A DNA stretch of 64,000 bases, from NCBI GenBank assembly GCA_004431415.1, contig QPMI01000503.1, forward strand, positions 186,001 through 250,000. Reading direction: 5' to 3'. Made by a program: the position numbers and the translations under genes. Below, one piece after another: positions 49,586-61,469 of this stretch (its first letter is position 1; each line of letters opens with the position of its first letter). The notes below the pieces were generated by a model, which was not told the DNA's origin, made no database searches, and saw only the letters and a list, made by a program, of their open reading frames with translations. This DNA comes from Cyanophora paradoxa CCMP329 (taxonomy: Eukaryota; Plantae; Glaucophyta).

Positions 49586-50337
49586 TCAGAGGAGGGGCGA
49601 GCCGCTGGCGTCGTGGTCGGCGCCGAGGCCGCTGTACCCGTCGAGGAACGCGTCCGCGAGGCCGGCGCCGCCCGCCTCGCCGCCCTCCGCCCCGACGCCC
49701 TCCCCGCCCTCCTCCCTGCGCCCCGGCCCTGAGCGGGGGGGGGGGGGGGGCCGGGGCGGGGGGGGAGGGGGTGCGCACGGCGGCGGCGGCGGCGCCGTCG
49801 TCGACGAAGTCGTCGGGCACGGCGTACTGGACCACCTGCCCGGGGGGAGGGGGGGGGGTACGGGGTGAGGCGGAGGACGGCAGGCCGCGGCGGGGGAGGG
49901 GAGGAGGGGAGGAGGGGGGGGGAGGGGGGGACCTGGTCCAGATGGGGCCGGGGCGGCTGGAAGACGTTCCGTGCCCCGTTCTGCCTGGCGAAGGGGGGCG
50001 GCCCGAGGGGCAGGCTGTCCCGGCCGAGGCCGGCCGCTCCGAAGACCGGCGGTGGCGGCGGCGGGTTGTACGCGCCGTCCCCCCGCGCGAGGACGGGCGG
50101 GCCCACCGGCAGGCCGTCCTGGCCCAGAGCGACGTTCCCGAACATGGGAGGGGCCGGCGCCGGGTTGTAGACGGCGTTCGCTCGCACAAGGACGGGCGGG
50201 CCGACCGGCAGACCGTCCTGGCCCAGAGCGACGTTCCCGAACATGGGAGGGGGTGGCGGCGGGGCGTGGACGGCGCGGCCGTACACCCCGTCACTCCGGA
50301 CCAGACGGGGCGGTCCCGGGGGCATGTTGCGATCCAT
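49586..50337 (-). CDS. Small Pro/Gly-rich protein, paralog A of a variable-N/constant-C family (possible -2 frameshift in a G run at ~49715)
   Basis: MDRNMPPGPP... with 33-aa repeats PPMFGNVALGQDGLPVGPPVLxR, then shared exons VVQYAVPDDFVDDGAAAAA and ...LADAFLDGYSGLGADHDASGSPLL*. Confidence 0.7.
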
Positions 50338-51229
50338 GGGACGAAGAAGCGCGCGCGCTCGAGCAGGTCGGCGCGGACAGAGAGTTCTGGAGAGTTCTGG
50401 ATCTCTGGCGGCTGCAGCTCAGCCGCTGGCCCACGCAAGCGCGCCGCCGCCTCTGCGTGGGCGCCGAGGAGGTATTGTGAGCACTCGAAGATTTGCTTTG
50501 AAGTCCTGCTTAAGCTTATGCCGCCGGCGCGCGAGAAAGGCGAGCTCTGACATAACGCCCGCGTACGCGTCCGCGGCCGGGGGGCCGGGGCGCGCGACGT
50601 ACGCCGCGGTACGCGTCACGCACCTCTGAGAGAATGGGAGTGAGCTTGAGCTCGAGAAACAGAACGTTTAACCGCCACACAGCGCTGCGAGCGGACGACG
50701 AGTACGTTCGTCAGGCCGGCCGCAGCTGCAGTTTGGCCCAAATTTTTAAACGAGCATTTGCGCATGCGATGTTATGGCCGCTGGCCCCTCGCACCGGCTG
50801 AGATCGCTCGGCCTGCGAAGCGGAGGCCAGGTCCGCCGGAGGAGCGCTCGATGACACGAGTCGGTGTAACCGTGTAAGAGCCGGACGTTCGCGCGTCACA
50901 CTACTCGGCGAGTAATTGAGACGTCGACGGTGAGACTTGGGCCGGGCCGGGGGTACCAGCACTTGTACCAGTTGGGGGGTACCACCCTTGGCCTAACCCT
51001 GCGGTACCCCCAGGCTGGTTCAAGTGCAAGTACCCCCGGCGCCGGCCCTTGAAACCTCTCGTCTTCTTCAGCCCAAACTTAAAGCTTATCATCAGGTGCG
51101 GGGCCCTGCGCGCGGGGTCCGATTGCCGAGTCCAGGCGCATGCGCTGTAGCTGATCATGATATATATATCGATGCTGATCATGATGCTGTCCGTTTCGCC
51201 GAGCCGCATGCGCAGGCTGCGACCTGGCC

Positions 51230-52193
51230 ATGGCTAGCGCCAGCGGCATGCTCCCAGAATCGCCGGCGCACGGCGGCAACGCCTCGAGCTCCGCGGCCGC
51301 CCCGCCGGCGCCGCCTCCGCTCCCGGCCGCGGGCATGATGCCGCCCGGGCCACCCGGTGTCTATGGTGTCTACAGTGTCCTTGCGCCAGCGGACAGTGTC
51401 TCCAGCGCTCCTGACCTGCCGGCGCCGCCGCCCCCTCCAATGTTCGGGAACGTCGACGTCGCGCCCGGCCAGGACAGTCTGCCGCTGGGCCCCCCCGTCC
51501 TTGCCCGAGCGGATTCTGTTGCCGCCGCCCCCGCTGATCATGACGCCCCGCTGCCGCCGCCGGAACTCGGCCCGGACGGTCTGCCGTTGGAGCTGCCGGT
51601 CATGACCAGGGGGAATGGCATCTTTCAAGGTCTCGGTCCGGAAAACAAGTCCCACTACGTATACGATGTTCAGCCAAAGAATGGTGTCTATGGCACAGTT
51701 CGGGAGAGTACAGGCCCTGGTGTCTACAGGCCGGGTACAGTGGGATATTGGTTGCAGAAGATGGGCCGCCTCCATGTAGACGAGGTGCTTCGCTCCATGC
51801 CCCGCCCCCCCCCCCCCCCCCCCCTCCCCCCGTCTTCTCCCCTAGGCCTCGTCACCCACCCCCTCAAGCTCCTCCACCCCGGACGTCGCAGCGCTAGCCC
51901 CTTACCTTGTACCCCCGCAGGTGGTCCAGTATGCCGTCCCCGACGACTTCGTCGACGACGGCGCCGCCACCGCCGCCGTGCGTACCCCCGCGCCTCCCCC
52001 CCCCTTCATATCCCCCCCCCCCCCCCCACCCCCCTCCCCCCCGCTCAGGGCCGGGGCGCAGGGGGAGGAGGGCGGGGAGGGCGTCGGGGCGGAGGGCGGC
52101 GAGGCGGGCGGCGCCGGCCTCGCGGACGCGTTCCTCGACGGGTACAGCGGCCTCGGCGCCGACCACGACGCCAGCGGCTCGCCCCTCCTCTGA
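51230..52193 (+). CDS. Small Pro/Gly-rich protein, paralog B
   Basis: MASASGMLP... PPMFGNVDVAPGQDSLPLGPPVLARADS..., same two terminal exons as paralogs A and C. Confidence 0.72.
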
Positions 52194-52720
52194 GCGCGAG
52201 GCCGGGCTGCCCTAGGCCTCTTGGAGGTCTATAGATATCAAGGTTTATGAGACTGCGGGCTCGCCTTTGCAGCTTAGATTCGACTTGGCGCCCGGCGTGA
52301 TTAGAGACTGCGAGGCTGAGCCTGTAACTCAGGAACTTGATAGGTGTGCTCCACAATAGTACCAGTCTGTTCGCCGAGTCGACGTCTTTTCGCGCTCGGC
52401 TTCCGAACGCGTTGGCATCGCTCGAGCTTTCTCATTTGCGAGCTTTTCTCCGTAATTTGCGTTTGTGATAATGTTATACAATGAATTTGCAAGTACGCAT
52501 ACGTGGATCAGAATCGGGCCCGGCGGAGCCCCTGAGGAGGCGCGCGCGGAGGCGCCGGGGGGCCGGCGCGGGGGGGCCGGGCCGGGGGCCGGGGGCCCGA
52601 CTCGACGATCGCGACTCTATGGCGAGCTCGAAGCGCCTTTCGAATTAAATATTCATTTTTTTTTGGTGAATTACCGGCCACAGTCTCTAGACACCAGCAC
52701 TGCGGGGGCTGCCCAGGGGG

Positions 52721-54818
52721 CATAAAGACAAAAAAGCAAAATAACTAAGACAAGAGCACGAAGAAAGATAAGACAAAGAGCCAAAATCGACAATAAAAAA
52801 GAAAAGACACAGAGCTCGAGACAGATCGAGAAGAGACGAGAAATCGAGCAGATCTAGGGACAGAGGATGACTGACACGAAGAAGAGCCAGAGCTAGAGAT
52901 ACCATCAATATCGGAAGGAATTACATCACTAAGAAGCGGAGGACAAATTTGAGAAAGATAAATAACAGGAAGCAGACAAGTAAGAGGAACAACAAGACGA
53001 CGCGGAGGCGGAGGCGAAGCAGGACGACGCGAAAGGGCAGAGCTACGGCACGAGGTCGAGGAGGACACAGGAGGCGGAGCAGGCGGATCAAGAGCAGGCA
53101 AAAGGACAGTCAAAGGAATCACTAAAGCCGGCCGGGGTCGAGGCGGGCAGTCGAACTGCAAACGACGGCGAACAACAGGTCGAGCACGAGAACTATAGCT
53201 AGTATTGAAACTAACTCTAGCATCAACACTACGATCAGAATCCGAACTAGACCGAACTAAACTATAAGACGAAGTACGCCGGCGCCGGCGGGATACGACC
53301 AGCGAAGCAGAAGACGAAGGCAAAGGCGGCGGTCCGGTATCAAGAACAAAGGCCGGAGGGTCCGGCCCGGCAAACCGCCGGAGGGAAGTAGAAGGAGACG
53401 CAGGCACGGCAAGCCGGCGACGGGTACGACCACGAGTCCGGGAGGAGATCGGGGAAGCCGGTCCCGGAGCTGAGGGCCCAGGAGCAGAGCCAGGAGATCT
53501 AGAAGGTAAGCCCGGCGAGAAATCTGACCCGGAGCCGGAACCCAGCGAACGACGACGACGAAGAGGCCCCCGAGGAGCCACGACGGGGGAGCTACCGAGC
53601 AAAGTACTGACAGCCGGCGCCGAACACGGTGGCGGAGGTACCCCGCAGACAGTGGCAGGCGGAGAGTCCAGGGTCGACCGAGAGATCCGCCGACGGGAAC
53701 GCGGCGGAGGCCTACGAGACGGAAGAGGCGAGGAGGGAGCCGAGGAAGGGTCGGATCCGGAGGCAGGGGAAGGGCCGCGAACAGGTGATGGGGATCGCTG
53801 CCGGCGCCGAAGAGAGGGCAGCGAAGCAGGAGAAAGGTCAGGTGGCGCCGGCTCAGATGACACGGGGGTCATGGGCGGCGCAGAGAGAGACGAGCTCGAG
53901 TGCGCAAGGGCCCGACGAGGGCGCCGGCGGCGAATCTCACGAGCGCCAGGAAGCGGGATAGGACCCGCAGATGGGACCCGAGGCGCCGAAGGGGGAGCAG
54001 GGAGCCGGAATGACGGGGAGACCGAAAAGAGGACAGTCTCGCCAACACTCGGAAGCGGAGCAGAGGCCGAGGACCCGGAGCTCGAGGGGGGGAGGGAGGG
54101 CGGAGGAGGAGAGAGAAGGCGGCTATTCGAAGGGTATGGAGAATCGAGAGCGGAGGCGAGGGAGGCCGAAGTGATGGCGAGCTCTGGAGGCGAGGGGCCT
54201 GCAAGCGGACCCGGAAAGTGGATGCAGACGCAAAGAGACCGGGGACGTAGTGGCGGGAGGGGCATGCAAAAAGATAGTGCCGCCCGGCGTCACAGTTGCA
54301 GAAGCGGGGGCAAGAAGGATGGGCTGAAGAGGAGGCTGAACCAGGAGGACGTCAGAAAGAGGGCCACGCGGGGGCGGAAGTGGAGGAGCAAGGGGAAGAG
54401 GTAAGAAGGGGTACGGAGCTGCAAGATGACCAGGGACCTGCCGGGGAACAGGCAAGTGAAGAGGCCCCGTGACAGCAAGTTGTAAGGAGGGAGGAGGTAG
54501 AGGCGGGGCCAGCGGGCCAAGGAGCACAGGGATCGGGACCGCAGGGAATGGGGGAAAAGGAGCGTCGAGAGGGGCAGCGAGAGCAGGAATAGGAACGGGC
54601 CCAAGGGTCACTACAGGGGCCAGAGCAGGAGGGGACGGCGCAGGAGGCGGGCGACCACCAGGGATCCCCAACGGGACATTCCCACGAACGGCAAACTCCG
54701 CAGGATTCCGGAGGACAGAATCGATGTCACGCGAAGAGACGAGGTTGTCAGCACCGCCCGAAGAAGGAGGGTCGGGCGAGTCAGAATCAGAGCTTGAACT
54801 AGAACGATGAGAACAAAT
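52721..54818 (-). mobile_element. Compositionally foreign ~2.1 kb intronless segment, possibly a retroelement-derived ORF fragment
   Basis: Strong purine skew on the + strand and an A-rich left end. Two long overlapping Ser/Pro/Arg-rich ORFs on the - strand (54123-54887, 52745-54265). No RT/integrase motif seen. Confidence 0.35.
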
Positions 54819-55768
54819 ATTCACCTTCATGATCATCGGATATAGATCATGATCCGATCGGTGATCATGATCAAACGCGCTGCGCATGCGGCGCTACGTA
54901 TACGTGGCAGGCAGCTGCAGGTACCGGCCGGTTCACCTTCATGATCATGATCATCGGATCGGATATAGATCATCGGATCTAGATATCGATCATGATCGCA
55001 TGCGGCGCTAGCTCATGATCAGCGGCAATATTTATTTTTAATAGCTAGCGCCGCGGCTATAGGTGGCAGGCAGCCGATTGTACGGTACTCCCAGGCTGGT
55101 TCAAGTGCGAGTACCCCCGGCCCGGCCCTGATCCTCAGAGTCTTCTCATTTATATAATTATCAATTCCTTATCATCAGGTGCGAAGCCCTGCGCATGCGC
55201 ATGCGGGCGGCGTCCGATGGCCGAGTCCAGGACTCCAGGCCGACTCGTGCATCGAGCCCGCATGCGCATGCGCAGCTGCAGCTGACGCTGATGCTGATGC
55301 TGTCCATTTCGCCGAGCCGCAGGCTGCGACCCGGCTGCAGGCTGCAGCTGCAGGTTTACTTCGCTGGTGCGCATGCATTTGCGCCGCGGCGAATATCAAT
55401 GACCGCCCGCGGTCGTACGATGCTTTAGCTGATAAGGCAGCTAATAAGCCTGAAGTGTTCGCGCGGGTTTGACCGGTACCGACGCATGCGCATGCATATG
55501 CACATCTGCGCAGCGCGTATTTCGGAGCGCGCGGCGAATCGGGGGCATCCTTCAAGGCTTCCCCGCCCTCTTGATCTGAGGTGCGCTCAGCGGCCGCCGG
55601 GCGACTCCTTAATTGAGCCTCGGAGCTTTGATCATAACCGTTGACGTTAACTGCGCGGTCGCCCGCCTGCTCACTGACTGCTCACCGTGGCACGCGTACG
55701 GAACATGTACGTGTACAGCCTCGTGAGCCAGCTGAATTCGAAGCTCTTTCGTACGTCGCGATCGACCC

Positions 55769-56333
55769 ATGGATCCTCGCATGCCTTCGAATCCCGGGTC
55801 GCCCGGCTTTGGGGGGCCGAGTGCCTCCTACGGAGCAGCCATTCCTACTCCATATCCCAACGTCGGCCAGGCTGGGATGCAGCCCGGGCCGCCCCGGGTG
55901 TTCGTCTCGCAGGCCCCTAGTCCTTTCGGGATCGCCAGGCAGACTGGGGTCCTGATCGCGCCCCAGCTGGACCAGGTCTCCCTATCCTCCCCCCCCTTCC
56001 CCCCTCCCCTCCTCCCCCTCCCTCCTCCCTTCCTCACCGCATCCCCCGCCTCCCCGTACCCCCCCCCCCCCCCCGGGCAGGTGATCCAGTACGCCGTCCC
56101 CGACGACTTCGTCGACGACGGCGCCGCCGCCGCCGCCGTGCGCACCCCCCTCCCCCCCCGCCCCCGCCCCCCCCCCCCCCCCGCTCAGGGCCGGGGCGCA
56201 GGGGGAGGAGGGCGGGGAGGGCGTCGGGGCGGAGGGCGGCGAGGCGGGCGGCGCCGGCCTCGCGGACGCGTTCCTCGACGGGTACAGCGGCCTCGGCGCC
56301 GACCACGACGCCAGCGGCTCGCCCCTCCTCTGA
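55769..56333 (+). CDS. Small Pro/Gly-rich protein, paralog C
   Basis: MDPRMPSNPGSPG...APQLDQ|VIQYAVPDDFVDDG...GSPLL*. Upstream 55085-55330 is homologous to 51005-51230. Confidence 0.72.
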
Positions 56334-56654
56334 GCTCGCTGTTCGAACATGTAGCTCGCTGTTCGTGGATTTGCTTGCACATGCCTTGTACGGATGTGCT
56401 AGCATGCACACTTCGTGACTAATTGATGTGACTAATGGCATGATGATGTGATAGCGCGTGCTCGTCTACCGCTCAGCCCACGGCACACGGCGTGCGGCCT
56501 GCATGCGCAGTGGAAAGATGGGAGGTGCATGAAACGAATTACAAGGACGGGGCAGGGGTGCGAGGAGAGGAGGGGGAAGAGGAGAGAGAGAGGGCCGGGC
56601 TGAGGCGGGGGCGCCGCCGGCCGCCGGCCCGGCCCGTTCGCCATCGCTGGGCCC

Positions 56655-59600
56655 TCACGCGTCGAAGTCGTCGAAGTCGTCAGCCTCGGCGAGCTCCTCC
56701 AGGGAGTAGGCGCGGCTCGCCACGCTCCCCGCCGACGCCCGCGCCTCCTCCCCCCGCCGCGTCCCCGCCGCCGGCGCGGGGCCGCCGCCGCCGGCCCCCC
56801 GAGGCCCGCCGCGAGCTCGCGAAGTCCGCGAGGACGTACCCCGCCGCCTCCTCCGGGGCCGGCTCGGGCTCGGGCGGGGGCGGCGGGCCCCGCGGCCGCC
56901 GCGTCAGGGGCTCCAGCGTCCCCGGCGCGAAGCTGGAGCGCTGCCGAACGTCGGCGCCTCGGCGGGGCCGGCGGGGGCGGCGGCGGCAGGCGGTGCGAGA
57001 GAGGGTTGGCGGCCGAGCCGCGGCTCTGCGGGCTGGAGGCGCCGGAGGAAGCGACGGAGGGGGCCGCGCCGGTGCCGGACCGCCGGACGCGTTCGGGAGA
57101 GGAGGTGGAGGGGGCGGGGCGGGGGCCGGGGCCGGCGCGGCGCCGGCGCGCGGGGGCGGGCGGCGGGGAGGGACGGGGCCGGGGTCTGCGGGGTGGCCGG
57201 GGTGCGGAGGGCGGAGGGCATGTCGACGCCGCGGCGCTGGCGCTCGGCCTCGAACTCGCCGCGCAGGCGCTCGACCTCGGCGGCCTGCGCGGCGAGCTGC
57301 CGCCGGGCCTCGTCGCGCTCGGCCTCCGCCTTCTCGCACTGGGCGCGGGCGGCGCCGAGCTGCTCGAGCATCGTCTTCTGCAGGAGGCTCTTGCCCCGCG
57401 TGACGCCCTCCAGCTGCTCCCGCAGGTGCTCCACCTCCCGCTCCATGTTCTGCTGCGAGGCCACCGCCGCCGCCGTCTTGTTCACGCTCTCCGAGATGTG
57501 GAACCTGCGCCCAGCCGGCTCAGCCGGCCGGCTCGGCTGACTCGGCGGGGCGGGGCGCGGCCTGCTCACTTGAGGTGCTCGCGCTCGTCGACGGCGGCGC
57601 TGAGCTCGCCCATGAGGCTCTCGACCTTCTCCTGGAGGGCCCGCTCCCGCCCCGCCGCCTCCCGCCCCGCCCGCCCCGCCTCCCCCCGCAGCGCCTCGTT
57701 CTCCCGCGTCAGCTCCTCGATCGAGCGCCCGATCTCGTGCTGGTACTTCGCAAGGCTCCCCTGCAGCTTCTCCAGCTCCCCCTGCAGCGCCCCTGCGCGC
57801 GCGAGAGAGAGGAGCGGCGGTCAGCCCCGCCCGGGGTCGTTCGCCGCGCGGGCGGGCGCACGCTTCTCGGCGCGCTCGACCTCGAGCGCGGCGGCGATCT
57901 CGCCCTCGGACTCCTCGCCGGCGCGCCGCGCGTCCTCGGCCTCGCCCAGGGCCCCCTCCCGCTCCCGCTCGGCGCGCTCGGCCCGCTGCCGCTCCGCCTC
58001 GAGGGCCCGCTCCAGCTCCGCCACGCGCGCCGCCCGCGCCGTCAGCTCCTTCTGCTTCATCTCCACCACGCGGCTCAGGTTCTCGCTCTTCTCCGCCTCC
58101 CGCCGGCGCGCCGCCTCCGCCTCCGCCTCCGCCCGCTCGCACCGCTCCGACATCGCCGCGTGCTCACTCCTCAGCTGCGCCCTGCGAAGGCCATCAGCGC
58201 CTGAACAACTTCGAGCGGCCCCTCTTCCTTCGAGCGCACTCGGTGCGGGCGGACTCGTCGCGGGCGGCGGTCGACTCGGCCTGGAGGCGCGCGTACTTCT
58301 CGGCCTCCTCCTGGACGTACTCGAGGATGACCTGCCGCTCCACCGCCATGTCCGCGCTCGTCTTCGTCGCCGCCAGCAGCTCGCTCTGCGCGTCCGCCAG
58401 CTGCGCGCCGGGCGGAGGCGTCAGCCGCCGGCCCGCGGCAGCCTGCCGCCCGCGCTGCGCTGCGCGGGGGGCCCGCCTTGCGCTCGAGGTCGGAGATGTC
58501 GTCTCGCTGCCTCTCGCATGTCGCCTGCAGCTCCCCGGCGCGCGTCCTCAGCGCCTCGTTCTCCCGCCTGCGCGGGCCGGCGGCCGCGAGAACCGTCACG
58601 GCCGGCGTTCCTTTCCGCTCCTTTTCCGGAGCGGCGCACCGCAGGGCCTCGATGAGCTTCCGCATCTCGGCGCCCTCCGCCTCCCGCTCCTCTTTCTCCT
58701 GCCTCGCGTGGGCCAGGTCGTACAGCAGGACGCTCTGTGGGCGGGGCGGCGGCCCTCAGCGGGGGCGATCCGCGGGTCGAGCGGGGCGCAGCGCACTTTG
58801 ATATCCGAGTCGATGCCGAGCTCGTCGGCGTGTATGTCCAGGGCGCGCGTGAGGACCTGCAAGGAACGCGGCGCAGGCGGGTCGACGTCGTGGACGCGCG
58901 GAGGGCCGCGCCGCGTCACGATGCGCGGCGCACCTTTATTTCGTTACGCATCTTCGAAATCTCTTCCTCCTGCGCCAGAATAAGCGACTCCTGGCCCCGC
59001 TTCGCGTCCTGCGAACGCCTGGGAGTCAGCGGGACCGCGGCTTCCGCGAGCCGAGGGGCGGACCTGGAGCTTCTCGAGCTTCTGCGTGAGCGTAACGTTC
59101 TTCTGCAGCAGCCCGAGCCCCTTCGCGCCGGCCACGAGCTTCGTCTCCAGCCTCCGGACAAGGTCCTTGTCCTCCCGCGACTGCTCCGCTAGCTCATGCC
59201 GCTCCAGCATCAGCCGCTCGATGTTCTTTCTTGCCGCGATGAGCTCGCGCTCCGTGGCCTCCACCAGCGCCCGCAGGCGCTTCACCTCGGACAACGCATC
59301 GGCGCACTGCAGCTAGCACGTCAGGGCCAACGGCGGCGTCGGAGAAGGAGCAGCCGCACCCGTCCGGAAGCCTGCTGATACTCGCGCTCGAGAACTGCGA
59401 TCCTGGCGCGGTAGTCCGCGAGCTCTTTGCGGAAGGAGGCCTGGCTGGAGAGGAGGTGCGTCTGGATGCTCGCCGTGCCCGGCTTCGGGGGCGATACGGA
59501 CACCATTGATCTCTGCGAGGGGGCATCGGGCCTTAGCTAAAGGCGCGGGGCGGCCCTCGTGCGCGGTTGGGATACGCACGGCTAGCGGCGTCGGGGAAGC

Positions 59601-59672
59601 TGGCCGGGAGCCAAAACGCGCTGGGCTTGCTGGCCTGGAGCTTCTCGCAGTGCCCCCGCCTATGTCGGGCAT
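56655..59672 (-). CDS. Long coiled-coil protein of unknown function
   Basis: Heptad-rich exons (FRKELADYRARIAVLEREY, EVKRLRALVEATERELIAARKNIERL, KSLLQKTMLEQL). End AYSLEELAEADDFDDFDA*. Start approximate. Confidence 0.72.
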
Positions 59673-59973
59673 CGTGTTCTGGGGCGAGCCGTTGATGGCG
59701 GGCAGGCGACTGTACCCCGGACGGAGGCCGCGCCAAATTCCGAGGTCCCCGCGCCGCGCCAGCCATCAGGTCCGACTCGAAGCGTTCACAGCTAACGAAA
59801 GGCGTGCTGTCCTGCTCCGGCGCCGACCTGTCGTAGAAACCAGTGCGGACTTCTGCGCAGGCGAAGCGAAGCTGCGCAGGCGAAGCAAAGCTGCGCAGCG
59901 AACCAGAGAGCGCCGTCGGCGCCGAATTGTTTTAGAACCAGACTCTAGCAGCGCGCCGCGGCAGGCGCCGGCA

Positions 59974-61247
59974 ATGGACGTTCCCGTCAGCCGCGCGGCG
60001 GCCGCGCTGGTGCTCGCAACTTTCGCGGCGCGCCGCGGCTACAAGAAGCGCAGCCTGGACCTCTCGGGCGCGGTCGGAGCGTTCATCGTCGGCCTGGTCT
60101 CCTTCGTGGCGAGCGTCCGCTTCGGAGTCGCGCTCCTCGCGTTCTTCTTCTCGGCGTCGAAGGCGACGCGCGTGGGGGCCGAGCGGAAGAAGAAGCTTGA
60201 CGCCGAGTACAAGGAGGGCGGCCAGCGCAACTGGGTCCAGGTGCCTCAGCGCCGCAGCGCCCCCAGACTCGAGCGCCGCGGTCCGACTCGGCGCGCGCCG
60301 CAGGTCCTCGCGAATAGCTTCGCGGCCACTGCGGCGTCTCTGGCGTATCTTTACGTCACCGGCGGCCGCGACTCACCGCTGCTCGAGTTCGGGCCCGGCG
60401 CCAACCCCCTCCCCTCCCTCCTCGCCCTTGTCCGGCCTCCTCTGCCGCCGCCGCCGCCCGCGCCGGCGCCGCCCCGGCCCGCGCCTGAGCGGAGCGCAGG
60501 CGGTGCTGGGCCACTACGCTTGCTGCTGCGGGGACACGTACAGCTCCGAGCTCGGCATACTGAGCCGGGGAAGCCCGCGCCTCGTCACGACCTGGCGCCG
60601 TGTGCCGCCCGGCACGAACGGCGGCGTGACGGTCGCCGGCACCCTCGCCGCCGCCGGCGGCGGCCTCATCGTCGGCGTCTCCTTCTACCTCGCCGCGATC
60701 TTCTCGTGCGCCGTACCCCCCGCCAACCGGCCCCGGCCGAGCGTACCCCCAACGCGCCGCGGCAGCTGCGCCGCGGGGGCGGACTGCAGCGCGGCGGCGG
60801 CGGCGGTCCAGTGGCAGGTACCCCTCCTCGGGCTCGCCGGCGGCCTCTTGGGCTCCTTCGTGCGCTCCTTCGCGTCGTACCCCCCCCCCCCCACCGCCCC
60901 TCACGGAGTTCCCCCCAGATCGACAGCTTGCTCGGTGCGACGTTCCAGTACAGCGGCTGGGACGAGAAGGCCGGGTACGCCCCTCCCGTACCCCCTCTCC
61001 GACGCCCGCCTCACTGCGTACCCCCGGCAGGCGCGTCGTCAACTCGCCCGCGCACGCGACGAAGCGCCTCTGCGGGTACAACATCCTGGACAACCACCAG
61101 GCCCGCCCAGCCCCCCTCACCCGGCCCCAGGCCTCGGACCTTCCCGCCCCGCCCCGCCTGACGTACACGAACCCCCCGCAGGTCAACTTCGTGAGCTCCG
61201 TGCTCACATGCGGCCTCATCGCCCGCATCGGCGCCCACGTCCTCTAG
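59974..61247 (+). CDS. TMEM19: TMEM19 / PGR-like DUF92 membrane protein
   Basis: RGYKKRSLDLSGA, LLAFFFSASKATR, YKEGGQRNWVQVLANS, YACCCGDTYSSELGILS, VPPGTNGGVT, IDSLLGATFQYS, ILDNHQVNF. Confidence 0.92.
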
Positions 61248-61469
61248 CTGCCTTCTGGCGAGGGCCGAGGACCCTGCTCTAGTTCTACATCTAGCCTTAG
61301 TATGCGTTGTTGCGTTGTAAAGCCATCCGTCCTGCTTCCAATGTAAACCGGGTCTGCTTCCCGGCCCTCCCGCCCAGAGATCCCTCGCGCACCAGCACCC
61401 CCCGACAGGAACGCGTAGCTAGATACGGCGATTCGACACAGAACAAGCAGGCGCCGGCGGCCCCGGCGA

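Larger units (their letters stand above)
49431..52359. repeat. Inverted repeat arms (~49431-49840 and ~51920-52359)
   Basis: The 3' exons plus ~150 bp of 3' flank of paralogs A and B are reverse complements (outer ends CTATTGTGGAGCACACC / GGTGTGCTCCACAATAG). Confidence 0.9.

Noticed and set aside
49705-49720. Paralog A as a pseudogene (3 G vs 5 G)
   Set aside because: The frameshift lies in a homopolymer, where assembly errors are common. It cannot be called without reads.
49970-50337. Repeat protein as a RiPP precursor
   Set aside because: No signal peptide, no dibasic cleavage sites and no adjacent tailoring enzymes.
52690-52721. Weak resemblance of the reverse strand to a 5S rRNA 3' end
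   Set aside because: Only ~25 nt of loose similarity; the rest of 5S and its promoter boxes are absent.
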